A stretch of 63,846 bases of DNA, filler included, from Octopus bimaculoides (lineage: Eukaryota): NCBI RefSeq assembly GCF_001194135.2. It is 4 parts of 4 records of this genome, joined end to end, with 100 filler letters (N's around TTAATTAATTAA, not from the genome) between each part and the next. Parts side by side here need not be neighbours in the genome. Positions count along the whole stretch, not along the records: positions 1 to 23,408 come from NC_068985.1; positions 23,509 to 45,294 come from NC_068987.1; 2 more parts are not named here. One strand, 5' to 3'. The position numbers were made by a program, and so were the translations under genes. Of the stretch, positions 13,616 through 27,100 are shown piece by piece. The notes below the pieces were generated by a model. It saw only the letters and a list, made by a program, of their open reading frames with translations. It did no database searches and was not told where the DNA came from. The number at the start of each line of letters is the position of its first letter. Positions within the stretch are counted from its first letter, which is position 1.

Positions 13616-14132
13616 ATTCTGTCGCCAGAACATCCTCTTTGACAGTACTAATAACTCGTTAGCAGTGCTCTTAAATCACGTGTAAAGGTATTCCACATGA
13701 TTTAAGAGCACTTCTAACGCTGTAGTACACGTTATTGAATTATGAAAGCATTTACTATACTTTGTAGTATATTATGATTGCATAACGAAGTACAGTGTCC
13801 CAACAGGTTATTAGTATTTACGTACCAGCTTGCAGAAATGAGTTTAATATGTAAATTGGTATATCCAATAACGTTACACTGCTATATGTATTGCCTATTT
13901 AAGCAATGAGTTCGTGAATGATTAAGGAGTTAGATGGGTGTTGATCAAGGAGCAAGAACTCCTGAAATATGGTATATACGACCGTTACCCACTTTTCATC
14001 TTCGATGTCACTGTTTGTTTACATGTGACGTCTCAGATACGAAATATCGTATCAACATCTGTACGAAATATCATATGGGAAATCTGTAGAGGTGATCTTA
14101 TTATGCTGTTAATACTTATTCCATTCTCGAGG

Positions 14133-14870
14133 GCGATAAATTAAGTACGAGTTGCATACTGGGGTCGATCTAATCGAATTGCCCCACCCCAAAAATTTCG
14201 GGCTTTGTTCCGAGAGTAGTAAGGAATATTTTAAGGCGGCGAGCTGGCAGAATGGTTAGCACGCCGGGCGAAATGCTTGAAGGTATTTCGTCTGTCGTTA
14301 CGCCTGAGTTCAAATTTCGCCAAGTTCGATTTTGCCTTTCATCCTTTCGGGGTCGATTAAATAAGGATCAGTTACGCACTGGGGTCGATGTAACCGACTT
14401 AATCCGTTTGTCTGTCCTTGTTTGTCCCCTCTGTGCGTAGCCCCTTGTGAGCAGTAAAGTAATAAGAAACATTTGCACGAAATACTTAGCGGTATTTCGT
14501 CTGCCGTTACGTTCTGAGTTCAAATTCCGCCGAAGTCGACTTTGCCTTTCATCATTTCCGGGTCGATAAATTAAGTACCAGTTACGCACTGGGGTCTATG
14601 TAATCGACTTAATCCCTTTGTCTGTCCTTGTTTGTCCCTTCTATGTTTAGGCCCTTGTGGGCAATCAATAAATAAAAAGTTATCACGCCGGCTGAAATTC
14701 TTAGCGGTATTTCACCTGTATTTTACGTTCTGAGTTCAAATTCTGCCGAGGTCGATTTTGCCTTTCCTCCTTTCGGGGTCGATAAATTAAGTGCCAGTTG
14801 CGCACTGAGGTCGATCTCATCGACTGGCCCTCTCCCCCAAAATTTCGTGCCTTGTGCCTAAAGTAGGAAA
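14133..14870 (+). mobile_element. Cluster of four head-to-tail SINE family A copies
   Basis: The motif gagttcaaatt..gccgaggtcgactttgcctttcatcctttcggggtcgataaattaagtaccag recurs at about 14300, 14520 and 14730, and a 3' fragment lies at 14133-14225. Confidence 0.85.
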
Positions 14871-15769
14871 GAATACTTATTCCATCCTCTCTTTTTCTCT
14901 CCTCCCTATTTTTTCTCTGTCTTCCTTTCATCTATTTAAGTCTAGTTTTCTATCTAGTCCTATTTAAAGAAATAAATCAGTTGCGGCACTGTCCGATGAT
15001 TGCTTTATGATCCATTAACCTCGGACCTCATAAACGGTTAAATCTAGCTAACCCTAGGTGTACTTCCAATCTCTTTAATTGTGCCTAATTGAGAGGGGCA
15101 ATCCCATACTATATTTTGCTCTTCGAACCAATTTTAAGTCACTTATAGGAAACGATTTTTTTCTGATGTAATTGAACTATCCATCAACAGAAATGCGCCT
15201 GAAACAGCTGTAGTGAATTTTTAACCCATTTGTGTCCTTATTCTATTCAAATACCATACCTAGATTATTCCCTACGTTAGCTCTGGAACTTGCATTCGAT
15301 AGTGAACTTACGTGCGCGTGTGCATGGGTATATATTTCCATGGGTATACATTTCCATGGGTATACATGTGTGCATATTTATGCATGTATGTATATGTTAA
15401 TGTATTGATAAGTTCGTATTTACAACGTACGTACGAGTGTACATATATGTGGTATATACATGTATGTGCTGAAATTGACTCTTTCTTAGTGTACTGAATG
15501 TTAAAATACCTTGACTCAAATGAATCTTACATTGAATTAATCCTGTGTGTATGTATGTGTGTGTGTATAAGTGTATAAATGTAGGTATACACACACAGAC
15601 ACACACACAGACACACACATATATATATGTATATATATATAAACTGTCATCTAAATTACGCAAAAATGAAAATAACACTGACAACTCATTTTAACAGATA
15701 CATTTACCAAAATCTCATTAAAATATTTTGAAATACTAAAGAGTAAATTTATTCAATAAAATAATGATT

Positions 15770-16503
15770 GGCTTCAACCACGGCCTGCAGATGACTTCAG
15801 AATCTCCTGCAACTCTTCTGGACGGTCTCCTTGTTTAAGTTGATGAATGCTGTCATAATCCTTGCCTTCGTTTCACCTTTTGTGTAACAAGGAGTTTTGT
15901 TAGTTTCTCACTCAACCGCGCCACACACATAATAATCAAGGGGGTTGCAATGTGAGGAGTTCGGTGGCCAGCTGTTAGGGGTGATGTGGTCGTAGAAATT
16001 GTCTGACAACCATGACTGGGTTCTCCTGCTTCTGTGGCATGGGGCAGAGTCCTGTTGCCAGACATAGGTTCCAGTCGGCACTCTCTTGACCCAGGGCAGC
16101 TCTACCTCCTCCAGACATTTGGTGTAGGCTTTCATATTGAGTCCGAGGCTGTGTGGGAAGAAGAATCGAAGCATAACGTCACCATCACTAGTGATCACTC
16201 CCAAACACCATGATGGTGATTGGATGTTTGATTTTTATCACTCTCAGTATATGTTCGTATTGGTACATCGTATTGGAGCTTCTGATTCTTCGTACTGGAG
16301 TTTCCGGCGCGAATGCCAAACAGTACAGCCTGTCGTTTCTAAATTTCTGGCTTAGTGAATTTCCTCATGGTACTGTTGTTTTTCTTACAGACGGTGCCCA
16401 ACTCACCCTACTATACCGTGTAGTCGACAAAATTATAAACAAACAATGCACATGTACGAAATTAAAAATATAAAACGGTGACAATTTACCCATTGCACCC
16501 TAT
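15770..16503 (-). mobile_element. DD37D (maT-like) transposon, internally deleted
   Basis: VWQQDSAPCH...WPPNSSHCNPLDYYVCGAVE with 37 residues between the aspartates. TIR-like end tatagggtgcaatgggtaaattgtcaccg near 16475-16503. Confidence 0.85.
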
Positions 16504-18419
16504 ATATATATGAAATGCATGCATATTTATGTGCATGCCGATGTGTGTGTGCGTGTGTCTGTGTCTGCGTGTGCGTGTGCGTGTGCTTGCACTTATTCAA
16601 CTTTATCGGGGATACTTGTTTTTATCAACGTCTAATTGGATAACAGGAAGAAGTTCATAACGACCAAATATTGATTTACTTGTGTGCAAGAGAAAAAGCT
16701 GCACATTTAAAATGTTAGGCTACCAACGTATAGATCATGATATCAGGGTCGCTTCTCGTCTGAATACAACACATTTCCTAACAGTGAGGAGTAATTTTAT
16801 ATGAGGTGTCTCCCTGTCAATCTGGGCATCTTTAAACGTTTAGAGAAGACCCTACGAGAAGTTTAAGTATGTCATTTCGATTCTGTGATGGAGTGTCGAA
16901 CTAAGTTTCTATAAGCGTCTAACTCCGTGCGCGTACAGGCACACACACATATACATATATACATACAGGCTTACTGGAATTTCAGATCTTACTGTATGAC
17001 AAACTTTGTCAGTTCCGGTTTCCATACCGAGTAACCGAACCTGGGCATGAAATTACTATTACAGTATGATTGTGCGTAGTTAAGCGAGCAGTGTGTGATA
17101 ATGTACGCGTTGTGGATCAGCTCTTTCAGTCACCAGTTCTACCTTTCAGTAACCAAATGTACCTTGATAATGCAGGTGCACATCGTCTTTGAATGATATT
17201 TAAAGTATATCTCTCTTGGTAGGCGATATGTTTTGAAGCCATATTTGGTTAGTCAAATATGGGAATCTTACAGAGATCTATGTTATAAGTATATTTTGGA
17301 GAAGAAAACTACGAATTAAATTAAGTAATTTCGAACAAGCAGATAGTTATTAGAATTACACACTTTTAAATACATGCAAGATTTAAATTTTGGTCGTTCT
17401 TGTCAGCGCTTCTCATAGCGTTGTGAGCCCTAATGTAAGCTATAAATTTCTTTGACAAAGTTTTTGTTGAAGATCTTATGATATACGTGTGTTTAGAGAG
17501 AACGGTGACATAATGGTAGACAAGCTTGAGAAACTCCTAAACTATGTCAATTTTTCGTGATAAACTGAAGTCAGGATCATATCATAGCATTCTACGTTTT
17601 CCACTCTCACATACGCAGCTTTAATGTTAGGTATGTATTTATATTGAATCTCTTCAGTAAATTTAATAATTCTGGTACTCTAGTACTTCTAGAAATAGAC
17701 CCTCTTCCCTTATCAGTAGACAACACAGTTATACGCTTATTAACATTGGGAACGAACTTGCATAAAATGCTATAAACGACGTTAATATACAAGATACTAT
17801 TTGTTTACGACCGGATAAATTCAGTGAATCGCTGCAGCCCTTTTTGTTAAGATTTTTAAGCTCCTTTCTGAAAAGCTATTGACACTTATCGATATTTTTT
17901 ACATTCGTCCACGTAACGCCTACTTGCTTTGATTCATACTATTTCTAGTGGGATTTTTTTTTCTACCTGAGCAATACAATTACAAAACCAATTTACTTTC
18001 TTTTATCAATTTTCTGCCTTTGTCACCCTATCACCTTTCGTCATTCACCAGCTGTCAACATTTTTGGCACCATTTCATTTACCTATTCTTTTTCTTCGTT
18101 CATCACATATCCAGCTCAATTCATTGCTTTTAAGTAACTCCCATCGTACATCAATTTCCTTTTAATGTTGATCTTCCGTTTTGTTTACAATTTAACATTA
18201 GAACAAGTACGCGTTATTTGTTGTCTTATAAAAATATACAAGTGGGCTCAGAAGCGAAATCATGCCTGATTACGGATATGTGTGCGTAGAGATGGGTGTT
18301 TCATAAGTGCCATTGCACATAACACTTGTGTATTCACACTTACGCGTGCGCACAAACACACGACACGCAGACAGACACAAACACACATATATACACACAT
18401 ACACACACATGCAAACATA

Positions 18420-18586
18420 TATATATTACGACGGGATTCTTCCAGTTTGCTTCTACCAAATGTACTCACGAAGCTTTGGACAACCAGAGGGTATATTAGA
18501 AGACAGATTCTCAAGTTGCCACGGAATGGGACTTAATCCAGAACCATGTAGTTAGGAAGGAAACTTCTTACCACACGACCACGCCT

Positions 18587-18590
<4 letters not shown>
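18420..18590 (-). mobile_element. SINE family B, 5' half
   Basis: Reverse complement of the family B head and central region. Confidence 0.75.
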
Positions 18591-18632
<42 letters not shown>

Positions 18633-18642
18633 NNNNNNNNNN

Positions 18643-18679
<37 letters not shown>

Positions 18680-19387
18680 AGCGAGATGGTTGCATAGATA
18701 GAAACGCGTGTAGATGCACACAGGCGTAATATATGGATATATCTGTGCATGCGCATTAAAATACTTGCATACACATTAAGGTTCTTAAGCATTCATCCTT
18801 ATGCACAAGTTTTTGTATCTGGGCTTTATCCCATAATTGTGCTTGTGCTTACGGGAGGCCAATTTGTACAAATAGAAATGTATACCTACAATTTGACATC
18901 GTGAATTTGAATTTCGTAGTCAGCTAGCTTCAAAAAAACCATATGTCGCAAACACAACTTAAATTTTATTAAGCGTCGTTGCGATAGAATAGATACACGA
19001 AACAGAAGAAATAAATGGAGATTGTTTGGACTATCTAATCTCCAACAAATTCGAGGATATTTAATAAAATAAAATAAAGAATGTTTAAATTTGGGCAAAT
19101 GTGTTGAATATAACATATTCAGACTGATCTAACATGCGGCTTAATTTCATATGTTTGTATTTTGTATATCTGACAGTAGAATAAAAACTGAAGATTTGAT
19201 GTATCTTTTTACTATGACATCATAAAGTTACATAAAATTGTCACGTGTTCCACTTACAAATTTGTGTGGCAATCGTTATGTAAACTCTTGCATATTGACA
19301 CTGAAACTCCAGATTTTCAGAAGAAACGAGTAATTCAATCCATAGTTATGTTTCAACCCCACTTTGTTGGCACGCCTAAATACGAAC

Positions 19388-19471
<84 letters not shown>

Positions 19472-19849
19472 TTGTGTGTGTGAGAGAAAGAGAGAGAGAG
19501 CATGTGTGAGTGCGTGCGTGTGTGTGTCTATATGTGTGTGAGTTGATGTAATGAAAATGTGAAAAATGTTGTCATTACATTAATGAGCGTATAAATATTC
19601 TATCAGCTTGTTACTATAAGCGATTAAATTACATTGTATGCATTAAAGTTTATTTGAGGACAACCTGCCTGGTCTATGTCTACCCTCTCTGATAACAGCC
19701 TGAAATTCGATAACAATTTTGAATTATGTATAAGAAACACGCTATTTGTGTGAGAATGTATGTAGATATATACTTATGTATGTCTTCTATTTCTTTATTT
19801 AATTTAGAGTAATTTAAAGTAATTTAGAGCAATATTACGAACAAAAGTA

Positions 19850-20250
19850 TCAAGGGTCGTTCATCTGCTTTTAAATCTTGAGAAGGTATTGCAAGTTATC
19901 GTTATCCCAGATATTCCGATCATTTGAAACGTATGAATTAAGAAGTATAGTTGCATTTTCTCAAGTACTCAAATCAGCCATACTTTGCTCCAGGAGGATT
20001 GGTGCGTATCCTGTTGCTCCATTAAGTATGAAACTTAAAGTGTATATTGTTACCGGGTTTGCAAACTCCTTATCAATGGCCTGTATTTTTCTGATGAAAT
20101 TGGTGTCATGAGGCCAACTAATTTCCCCAACAGAGCATATTTATTTTTTGTGATCCCGCACTGCAATATCTGGCCAATGGTGTTTTAACATGGTGGCTAC
20201 TTTCACTTTTAACTTCTACCAATATTCTTTTCACGCATCAACTTCATTTT
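19850..20250 (-). mobile_element. Non-LTR retrotransposon REL-endonuclease 3' relic
   Basis: Minus strand gives PDIAVRDHKK*ICSVGEISWPHDT and a terminal ISGITITCNTFSRFK; related to 48735-49250 and 49955-50450. Confidence 0.6.
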
Positions 20251-20719
20251 AGTCATCTTCATCTGTATGTATGAATGTATTTATGTATGTACGTGTCTGT
20301 GTGTATGCATGCATGTATGTATGTATGTATATATGTATCACGATTCTCTTTCACCACATTTCTGCCCTAGCAGAGCACTTAAATGTCAACGGTGTTCCAT
20401 GCAAGACATTTACGTCTGATATATAGATAAATCTAGAACGACAGGATTACAATAATTCTTATTTAATTGTTATCGTTTACGTAAGATCTTTTTACGTTAG
20501 TATTTGAAGTGAGGAAAAAATCTGCTCTGTATTTCCATCTGATCCTGTGAATCATAAGAGAATTCTTCGTATCGTTTGTGCTTCTGTATATAACGGTTCT
20601 TAAGAGGAACATATCTTGATATATATATATATATATATACGCATACATATATGAATTATGTATGCAATCATGTGTGTATGCAAATTCACTGCCTATCACA
20701 GCTGACTAATTTACAGAAT

Positions 20720-21430
20720 ATAGTCGGGACATGAAGACAATGTGAAAGATCGCTATGCAATACGCTTTTGTGTTAAATGGAGTAGAAATGTTATAGAAAC
20801 GTATGAAATGTTCCAGACTGCTTATCGATTAACTTGCATGAACCGAGCATCTGGCATCGCAAGCACAAGAAGCCAGACAAAACAAGTCCACCGAGAAGCT
20901 CTTGATGATTCCATTCTCCGAAAGCGAGGCCATCATCTTCATCCACAAGGTCTGTCTGATCAACAGAGAGTATTTTAAGAAGGTTTTGTGGGAGTTCATG
21001 AATATTTCATCGCAAAAGGCCAGAGCTCTTCCACTCGTGTCGGGCGAACCTGCATCAGCACAATGCACCAGTCCTCAATTCCATCCTCGTAACCAACAAC
21101 TTGACAGGGAGAAGCATCAATATTGTCCCTCGCCCTAGCAAGCTGAAATGCTCAAGACTTCATTACTTGTGACTTTTCGTTGTTTCTAATTTGAAGGACA
21201 ATCTCAGAAGTAGTTGAAGACATTGAGAAGATATAGGAGACTAGAGTCCCGAACACCTTCAATTTGGAGGATTTGCAGAGGACATTCCCGAAGTGGCTAG
21301 AACGCTGCAGCAAGTACATTGGACTCGGGTAATCTTACTCTGAAGAAGATTAGAGTTTTTGTACTTCTTTGAAAATAATAAATGTAAATGTATCTTCTAC
21401 AAAAGTCTTGAAGATTCTGGAATGCACCTC
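20720..21430 (+). mobile_element. Decayed mariner-like element
   Basis: MKDRYAIRFCVKW..ETYEMFQTAY at the N-terminus, with decayed catalytic and C-terminal sequence downstream. Confidence 0.7.
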
Positions 21431-22255
21431 TTGACATGTGTGTGTGTGTGAGTGTGTTTGTAAAACTTACGACAGCTGTTTCGGTAGAGTTTTATTCAAT
21501 ATAGTCATAAAAGATTACATCATAACATACATTTCATCATTATCATGTAATATTTCAAACATCCACGGGGACATAACCACGTCCTATATTTTAATCTTCC
21601 TTGNNNNNNNNNNNNNNNNNNNNNNNNNNNNNNNNNNNNNNNNNNNNNNNNNNNNNNNNNNNNNNNNNNNNNNNNNNNNNNNNNNNNNNNNNNNNNNNNN
21701 NNNNNNNNNNNNNNNNNNNNNNNNNNNNNNNNNNNNNNNNNNNNNNNNNNNNNNNNNNNNNNNNNNNNNNNNNNNNNNNNNNNNNNNNNNNNNNNNNNNN
21801 NNNNNNNNNNNNNNNNNNNNNNNNNNNNNNNNNNNNNNNNNNNNNNNNNNNNNNNNNNNNNNNNNNNNNNNNNNNNNNNNNNNNNNNNNNNNNNNNNNNN
21901 NNNNNNNNNNNNNNNNNNNNNNNNNNNNNNNNNNNNNNNNNNNNNNNNNNNNNNNNNNNNNNNNNNNNNNNNNNNNNNNNNNNNNNNNNNNNNNNNNNNN
22001 NNNNNNNNNNNNNNNNNNNNNNNNNNNNNNNNNNNNNNNNNNNNNNNNNNNNNNNNNNNNNNNNNNNNNNNNNNNNNNNNNNNNNNNNNNNNNNNNNNNN
22101 NNNNNNNNNNNNNNNNNNNNNNNNNNNNNNNNNNNNNNNNNNNNNNNNNNNNNNNNNNNNNNNNNNNNNNNNNNNNNNNNNNNNNNNNNNNNNNNNNNNN
22201 NNNNNNNNNNNNNNNNNNNNNNNNNNNNNNNNNNNNNNNNNNNNNNNNNNNNNNN

Positions 22256-22400
22256 AGACGGACAGACAGACAAAGACGGACAGACAGACAAAGACGGACA
22301 GACAGACATAGACGGACAGACAGACATAGACGGACAGACAGACACAAAGACGGACAGACAGACAAAGACAGACAGACAGACAAAGACGGACAGACAGACA
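22256..22400 (+). repeat. 18-bp minisatellite (AAAGACGGACAGACAGAC); second array at 23298-23408
   Basis: Directly visible tandem units, both arrays abutting gaps. Confidence 0.9.
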
Positions 22401-22568
22401 GAGAAGAAGATTGATTTTCTTCATAAGTCTCCGGGTCTCTGATCAGACAGTGAAATAGTACAACTAAATCATTTGATACAACAGTTACAACATAGATAAA
22501 CCATAACAACAGCAATAACAATAATAATATGGTAAAACATATACACGCTATCATCATCATCATCGTCG

Positions 22569-22600
<32 letters not shown>

Positions 22601-23124
22601 GTCGTCATCATCATCATCATCATCGTCAAGAGCGAAAGTAACACATATTGCCAGCAAGACAATCAACGAAAAGCTACAGCAACCGCAACAAGAAGAAGAA
22701 GAATGTTATCTTAAAGTAAATAAGTTAGATCTGAGGAAAAACACGTTTTCGAAAGACTAGGATTTATTATATAAAAAAAAAAAATAACAAAGAAAAAAAA
22801 AAGAAAAAATCTCATCTTCTTCCAAGCACACATCTATATATATCAGTAGGAACATATACCCACGCATACATACGCACACGCACACACACACATACATACA
22901 TACATACATACATACATACATACACACATACATACATACATGCATGCATACATCCATATGCGTGTATATATATATATATATATATATATATGTGAGTGTG
23001 TGTACGTACATATATAATGTGTATATATATTTATATGTATTGATATTAGTAAATATGTGTGCATATACGTATATATGTGTGCATAAATATATATAAATAT
23101 ATATATANNNNNNNNNNGTGTGTG

Positions 23125-23235
23125 TGTTTACAAAGTGTTCTGCTCTAGAACACAACTCACAGCCTTGTCCGGGGAATCGAATTAAACTCCTTATCATTGT
23201 GAGCCCGACGTTCTAACCACTGAGCTATGCACCTT
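23125..23235 (-). mobile_element. tRNA-derived SINE head (family G)
   Basis: Minus strand gaaggtgcatagctcagtggttagaacgtcgggctcac...ttcgattcccc has A and B boxes. Related copy at 56360-56420. Confidence 0.6.
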
Positions 23236-23265
23236 CACATTATATATGTATGTGTGTGCAGAAAT

Positions 23266-23296
<31 letters not shown>

Positions 23297-23539
23297 GGCA
23301 AAGACGGACAGACAGACAAAGACGGACAGACAGACATAGACGGACAGACAGACAAAGACGGACAGACAGACATAGACGGACAGACAGACAAAGACGGACA
23401 GACAGACANNNNNNNNNNNNNNNNNNNNNNNNNNNNNNNNNNNNNNNNNNNNTTAATTAATTAANNNNNNNNNNNNNNNNNNNNNNNNNNNNNNNNNNNN
23501 NNNNNNNNTCTATGTTGAGCCCTGTGTGGCTAATAAAGA

Positions 23540-23543
23540 AACA

Positions 23544-23592
<49 letters not shown>

Positions 23593-23593
23593 C

Positions 23594-23652
<59 letters not shown>

Positions 23653-23757
23653 GTGTGTTTGTCTGTCTATCTGTCTGAGTAGTTGTCTTTCTATTTATTT
23701 ATTCAACTATATATAGATGGAAATAGATAGATAGATAAATAGATAGATAGATGGATG

Positions 23758-23814
<57 letters not shown>

Positions 23815-24052
23815 GAAGGTAGATAAATACTGAGAGAGAGAGAGAGAGGTAGGTAGATACATAAATATTAAGAAAGGGAGAAAGAGGTATGTAGATAGAA
23901 GGTAGGTAATTATGCAGATAGATAGATAGATAGAGAAAGTGAGAGAGAGAGAAAGCGAAACAGATACATACATACATACATACATACATACATGATGGCC
24001 GTCCATTCGTGATGGATACATACATACATACATACATACATACATACATACA
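23540..24052. repeat. Compound (ATCT)n/(AGAT)n/(ATAC)n microsatellite field
   Basis: Directly visible. Confidence 0.9.
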
Positions 24053-25603
24053 CATTATTTTTGTATATTGTACAAAATCTTCTAAATGTGAAATGATGCT
24101 TTGAAACATGTATCTTGGAGTGGCCATTGTGTCCATACAGACATATGCATTGGTTCTATTTTAACTAATTAACAAGTTTAACTCATCGGATTCTTGACTA
24201 ATTATTTGGTTAATCAGTGACTCAGTGGGTTTGCCAGAGTCCTTTCGTCATCATTCATGAGCTCATCAATGACGTGGCCTCTTTGCTCCAGTTCTGTCAC
24301 ACAGTATCCAAATGGGATCTTATGAGTTTTATTATGCTATTTAATCATTTTGGAATGTGTGACTGCATATGTATGTATATGTGTGCGAGCGCGTGCATAT
24401 AGGGTGGCTAGTGCGTGGGTGTATATGTGTTTCTTTGCAGCTTGAGTATTTCGTCTTGACTGGACAAGACTGACCAACCAAGACATAATCTCGACCTTGT
24501 CAGTATTGCCATTTTAATCATTTGAGTGCTGATAGAGTTCCAATGAAAGTGTTTTTTTTAATTCTTAATCAAATACGGTGCTTCTCTACGCTTTCAGTTA
24601 TGCTACATGCGGTTTTACTTATATAAATTATATGTACTTTTTATGAGATTCTTTGTCGCTTATTTCTTTTTGTAAATCTTGACATATCACCGTTGTATAG
24701 GTGTATGACCTCCATTTATTCTTATCTCTCAAGGTAATAATTAATCTATCCACACATATGTATTTATTCTTATACACACGTACATGGCTATCTACACACA
24801 CACACACACACGTATAGGTTCATACAAAAATACACCCCCCCNNNNNNNNNNNNNNNNNNNNNNNNNNNNNNNNNNNNNNNNNNNNNNNNNNNNNNNNNNN
24901 NNNNNNNNNNNNNNNNNNNNNNNNNNNNNNNNNNNNNNNNNNNNNNNNNNNNNNNNNNNNNNNNNNNNNNNNNNNNNNNNNNNNNNNNNNNNNNNNNNNN
25001 NNNNNNNNNNNNNNNNNNNNNNNNNNNNNNNNNNNNNNNNNNNNNNNNNNNNNNNNNNNNNNNNNNNNNNNNNNNNNNNNNNNNNNNNNNNNNNNNNNNN
25101 NNNNNNNNNNNNNNNNNNNNNNNNNNNNNNNNNNNNNNNNNTATATATATATATCTATATATATATATATATGCCATTCCCTTATGTTCACTCGCATCCA
25201 TTCAGTCTCCCTATTTTCTAATATATCAAATTTACCAGGTGACGACATGTTAGGTTATCAATTATTCACCAGCGGAAAGATATGTGATATGTGACTTCAT
25301 GGGGTGTAGAAAATTTTGAGCTGAATGTATATAAATTTACAGACTCTCTTGCAAAACAAACAATAAATAAAATTAACTACGTGATAGTTCTTTATTGACA
25401 AAACTATATATAACTAGTATATATTGGTAGTAGTGATTTGATAATGTTGAAGTTGGGCTGAGTATTATTAATGTTTTCCTTCAATTTCATAACTACAACG
25501 TTTGGTACAATCTCTATCTTGACAAACATGAAGATTGGAATTCACCTTTCTGAAACATCATAAACTTACATATAGATATATACACGTATATGATGATACA
25601 TAC

Positions 25604-25634
<31 letters not shown>

Positions 25635-26729
25635 TGTATGTATGTATGTATGTATGTATGTATGTGTGTATGTGTGTATGTATGTTTGTATGTATCAATG
25701 TATCTATGTTAATAAAACTATATATATATATATATATATATATANNNNNNNNNNNNNNNNNNNNNNNNNNNNNNNNNNNNNNNNNNNNNNNNNNNNNNNN
25801 NNNNNNNNNNNNNNNNNNNNNNNNNNNNNNNNNNNNNNNNNNNNNNNNNNNNNNNNNNNNNNNNNNNNNNNNNNNNNNNNNNNNNNNNNNNNNNNNNNNN
25901 NNNNNNNNNNNNNNNNNNNNNNNNNNNNNNNNNNNNNNNNNNNNNNNNNNNNNNNNNNNNNNNNNNNNNNNNNNNNNNNNNNNNNNNNNNNNNNNNNNNN
26001 NNNNNNNNNNNNNNNNNNNNNNNNNNNNNNNNNNNNNNNNNNNNNNNNNNNNNNNNNNNNNNNNNNNNNNNNNNNNNNNNNNNNNNNNNNNNNNNNNNNN
26101 NNNNNNNNNNNNNNNNNNNNNNNNNNNNNNNNNNNNNNNNNNNNNNNNNNNNNNNNNNNNNNNNNNNNNNNNNNNNNNNNNNNNNNNNNNNNNNNNNNNN
26201 NNNNNNNNNNNNNNNNNNNNNNNNNNNNNNNNNNNNNNNNNNNNNNNNNNNNNNNNNNNNNNNNNNNNNNNNNNNNNNNNNNNNNNNNNNNNNNNNNNNN
26301 NNNNNNNNNNNNNNNNNNNNNNNNNNNNNNNNNNNNNNNNNNNNNNNNNNNNNNNNNNNNNNNNNNNNNNNNNNNNNNNNNNNNNNNNNNNNNNNNNNNN
26401 NNNNNNNNNNNNNNNNNNNNNNNNNNNNNNNNNNNNNNNNNNNNNNNNNNNNNNNNNNNNNNNNNNNNNNNNNNNNNNNNNNNNNNNNNNNNNNNNNNNN
26501 NNNNNNNNNNNNNNNNNNNNNNNNNNNNNNNNNNNNNNNNNNNNNNNNNNNNNNNNNNNNNNNNNNNNNNNNNNNNNNNNNNNNNNNNNNNNNNNNNNNN
26601 NNNNNNNNNNNNNNNNNNNNNNNNNNNNNNNNNNNNNNNNNNNNNNNNNNNNNNNNNNNNNNNNNNNNNNNNNNNNNNNNNNNNNNNNNNNNNNNNNNNN
26701 NNNNNNNNNNNNNNNNNNNNNNNNNNNNN

Positions 26730-27088
26730 ACAAGTAGTGGGGGAGCATCATAGCCATGTGTTGAGAGGAATTCTTTGGGGTTTGAATGATTCACCTTTGG
26801 AAACATGGGTGTTTTGCTCAACATCCTTAAACAAACCTTATTCAGGGATCTTTTGAGCGGGATGGGCTACTTGACCTGAAGAAATTTCTAACTGGGCCCC
26901 ACCTGCGAGGTCATGCGCTGTTTATCTTGATATGAGATCACAATGTCGCGCACATATGGTTGTGATGCATGTGCCTGGTGTACCCTTATCAGACAGGTAG
27001 TCATGATGGGTATACTGGGCTTCGTATATTTTACCCCAGTGTCACTTTGATGGCATGCACTGCTCTCTCACTCCATAATAATAATAAT
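26730..27088 (+). mobile_element. Non-coding (AAT)n-tailed interspersed repeat (family F)
   Basis: Near-identical copies on the minus strand at 42030-42400, 46805-46952 and 50757-50860. Ends in ...ctctctcactc(aat)n. Confidence 0.8.
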
Positions 27089-27100
27089 GGTGATGATGAT

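Noticed and set aside
21455-21520. Minus-strand CGAAACAGCTGTC (palindromic stem III-like hammerhead 3' half)
   Set aside because: The CTGANGA core and stem II cannot be recovered upstream; too degenerate to call.
22256-23408. Repeat peptide DGQTDK/TDRQTK suggesting a repetitive protein
   Set aside because: Translation of an 18-bp GACA-derived minisatellite next to gaps, with no splice or start context.
23409-23508. TTAATTAATTAA palindrome recurring at 23453, 45339 and 51388
   Set aside because: Always centred in 44 N + 12 + 44 N = 100 bp and gives stops in all six frames. It is an assembly spacer, not biology.
21438-26856. Long ORFs of 250-416 aa in the ORF track
   Set aside because: They are made of N gaps and microsatellite translations (X runs, YI/CV/TH repeats).
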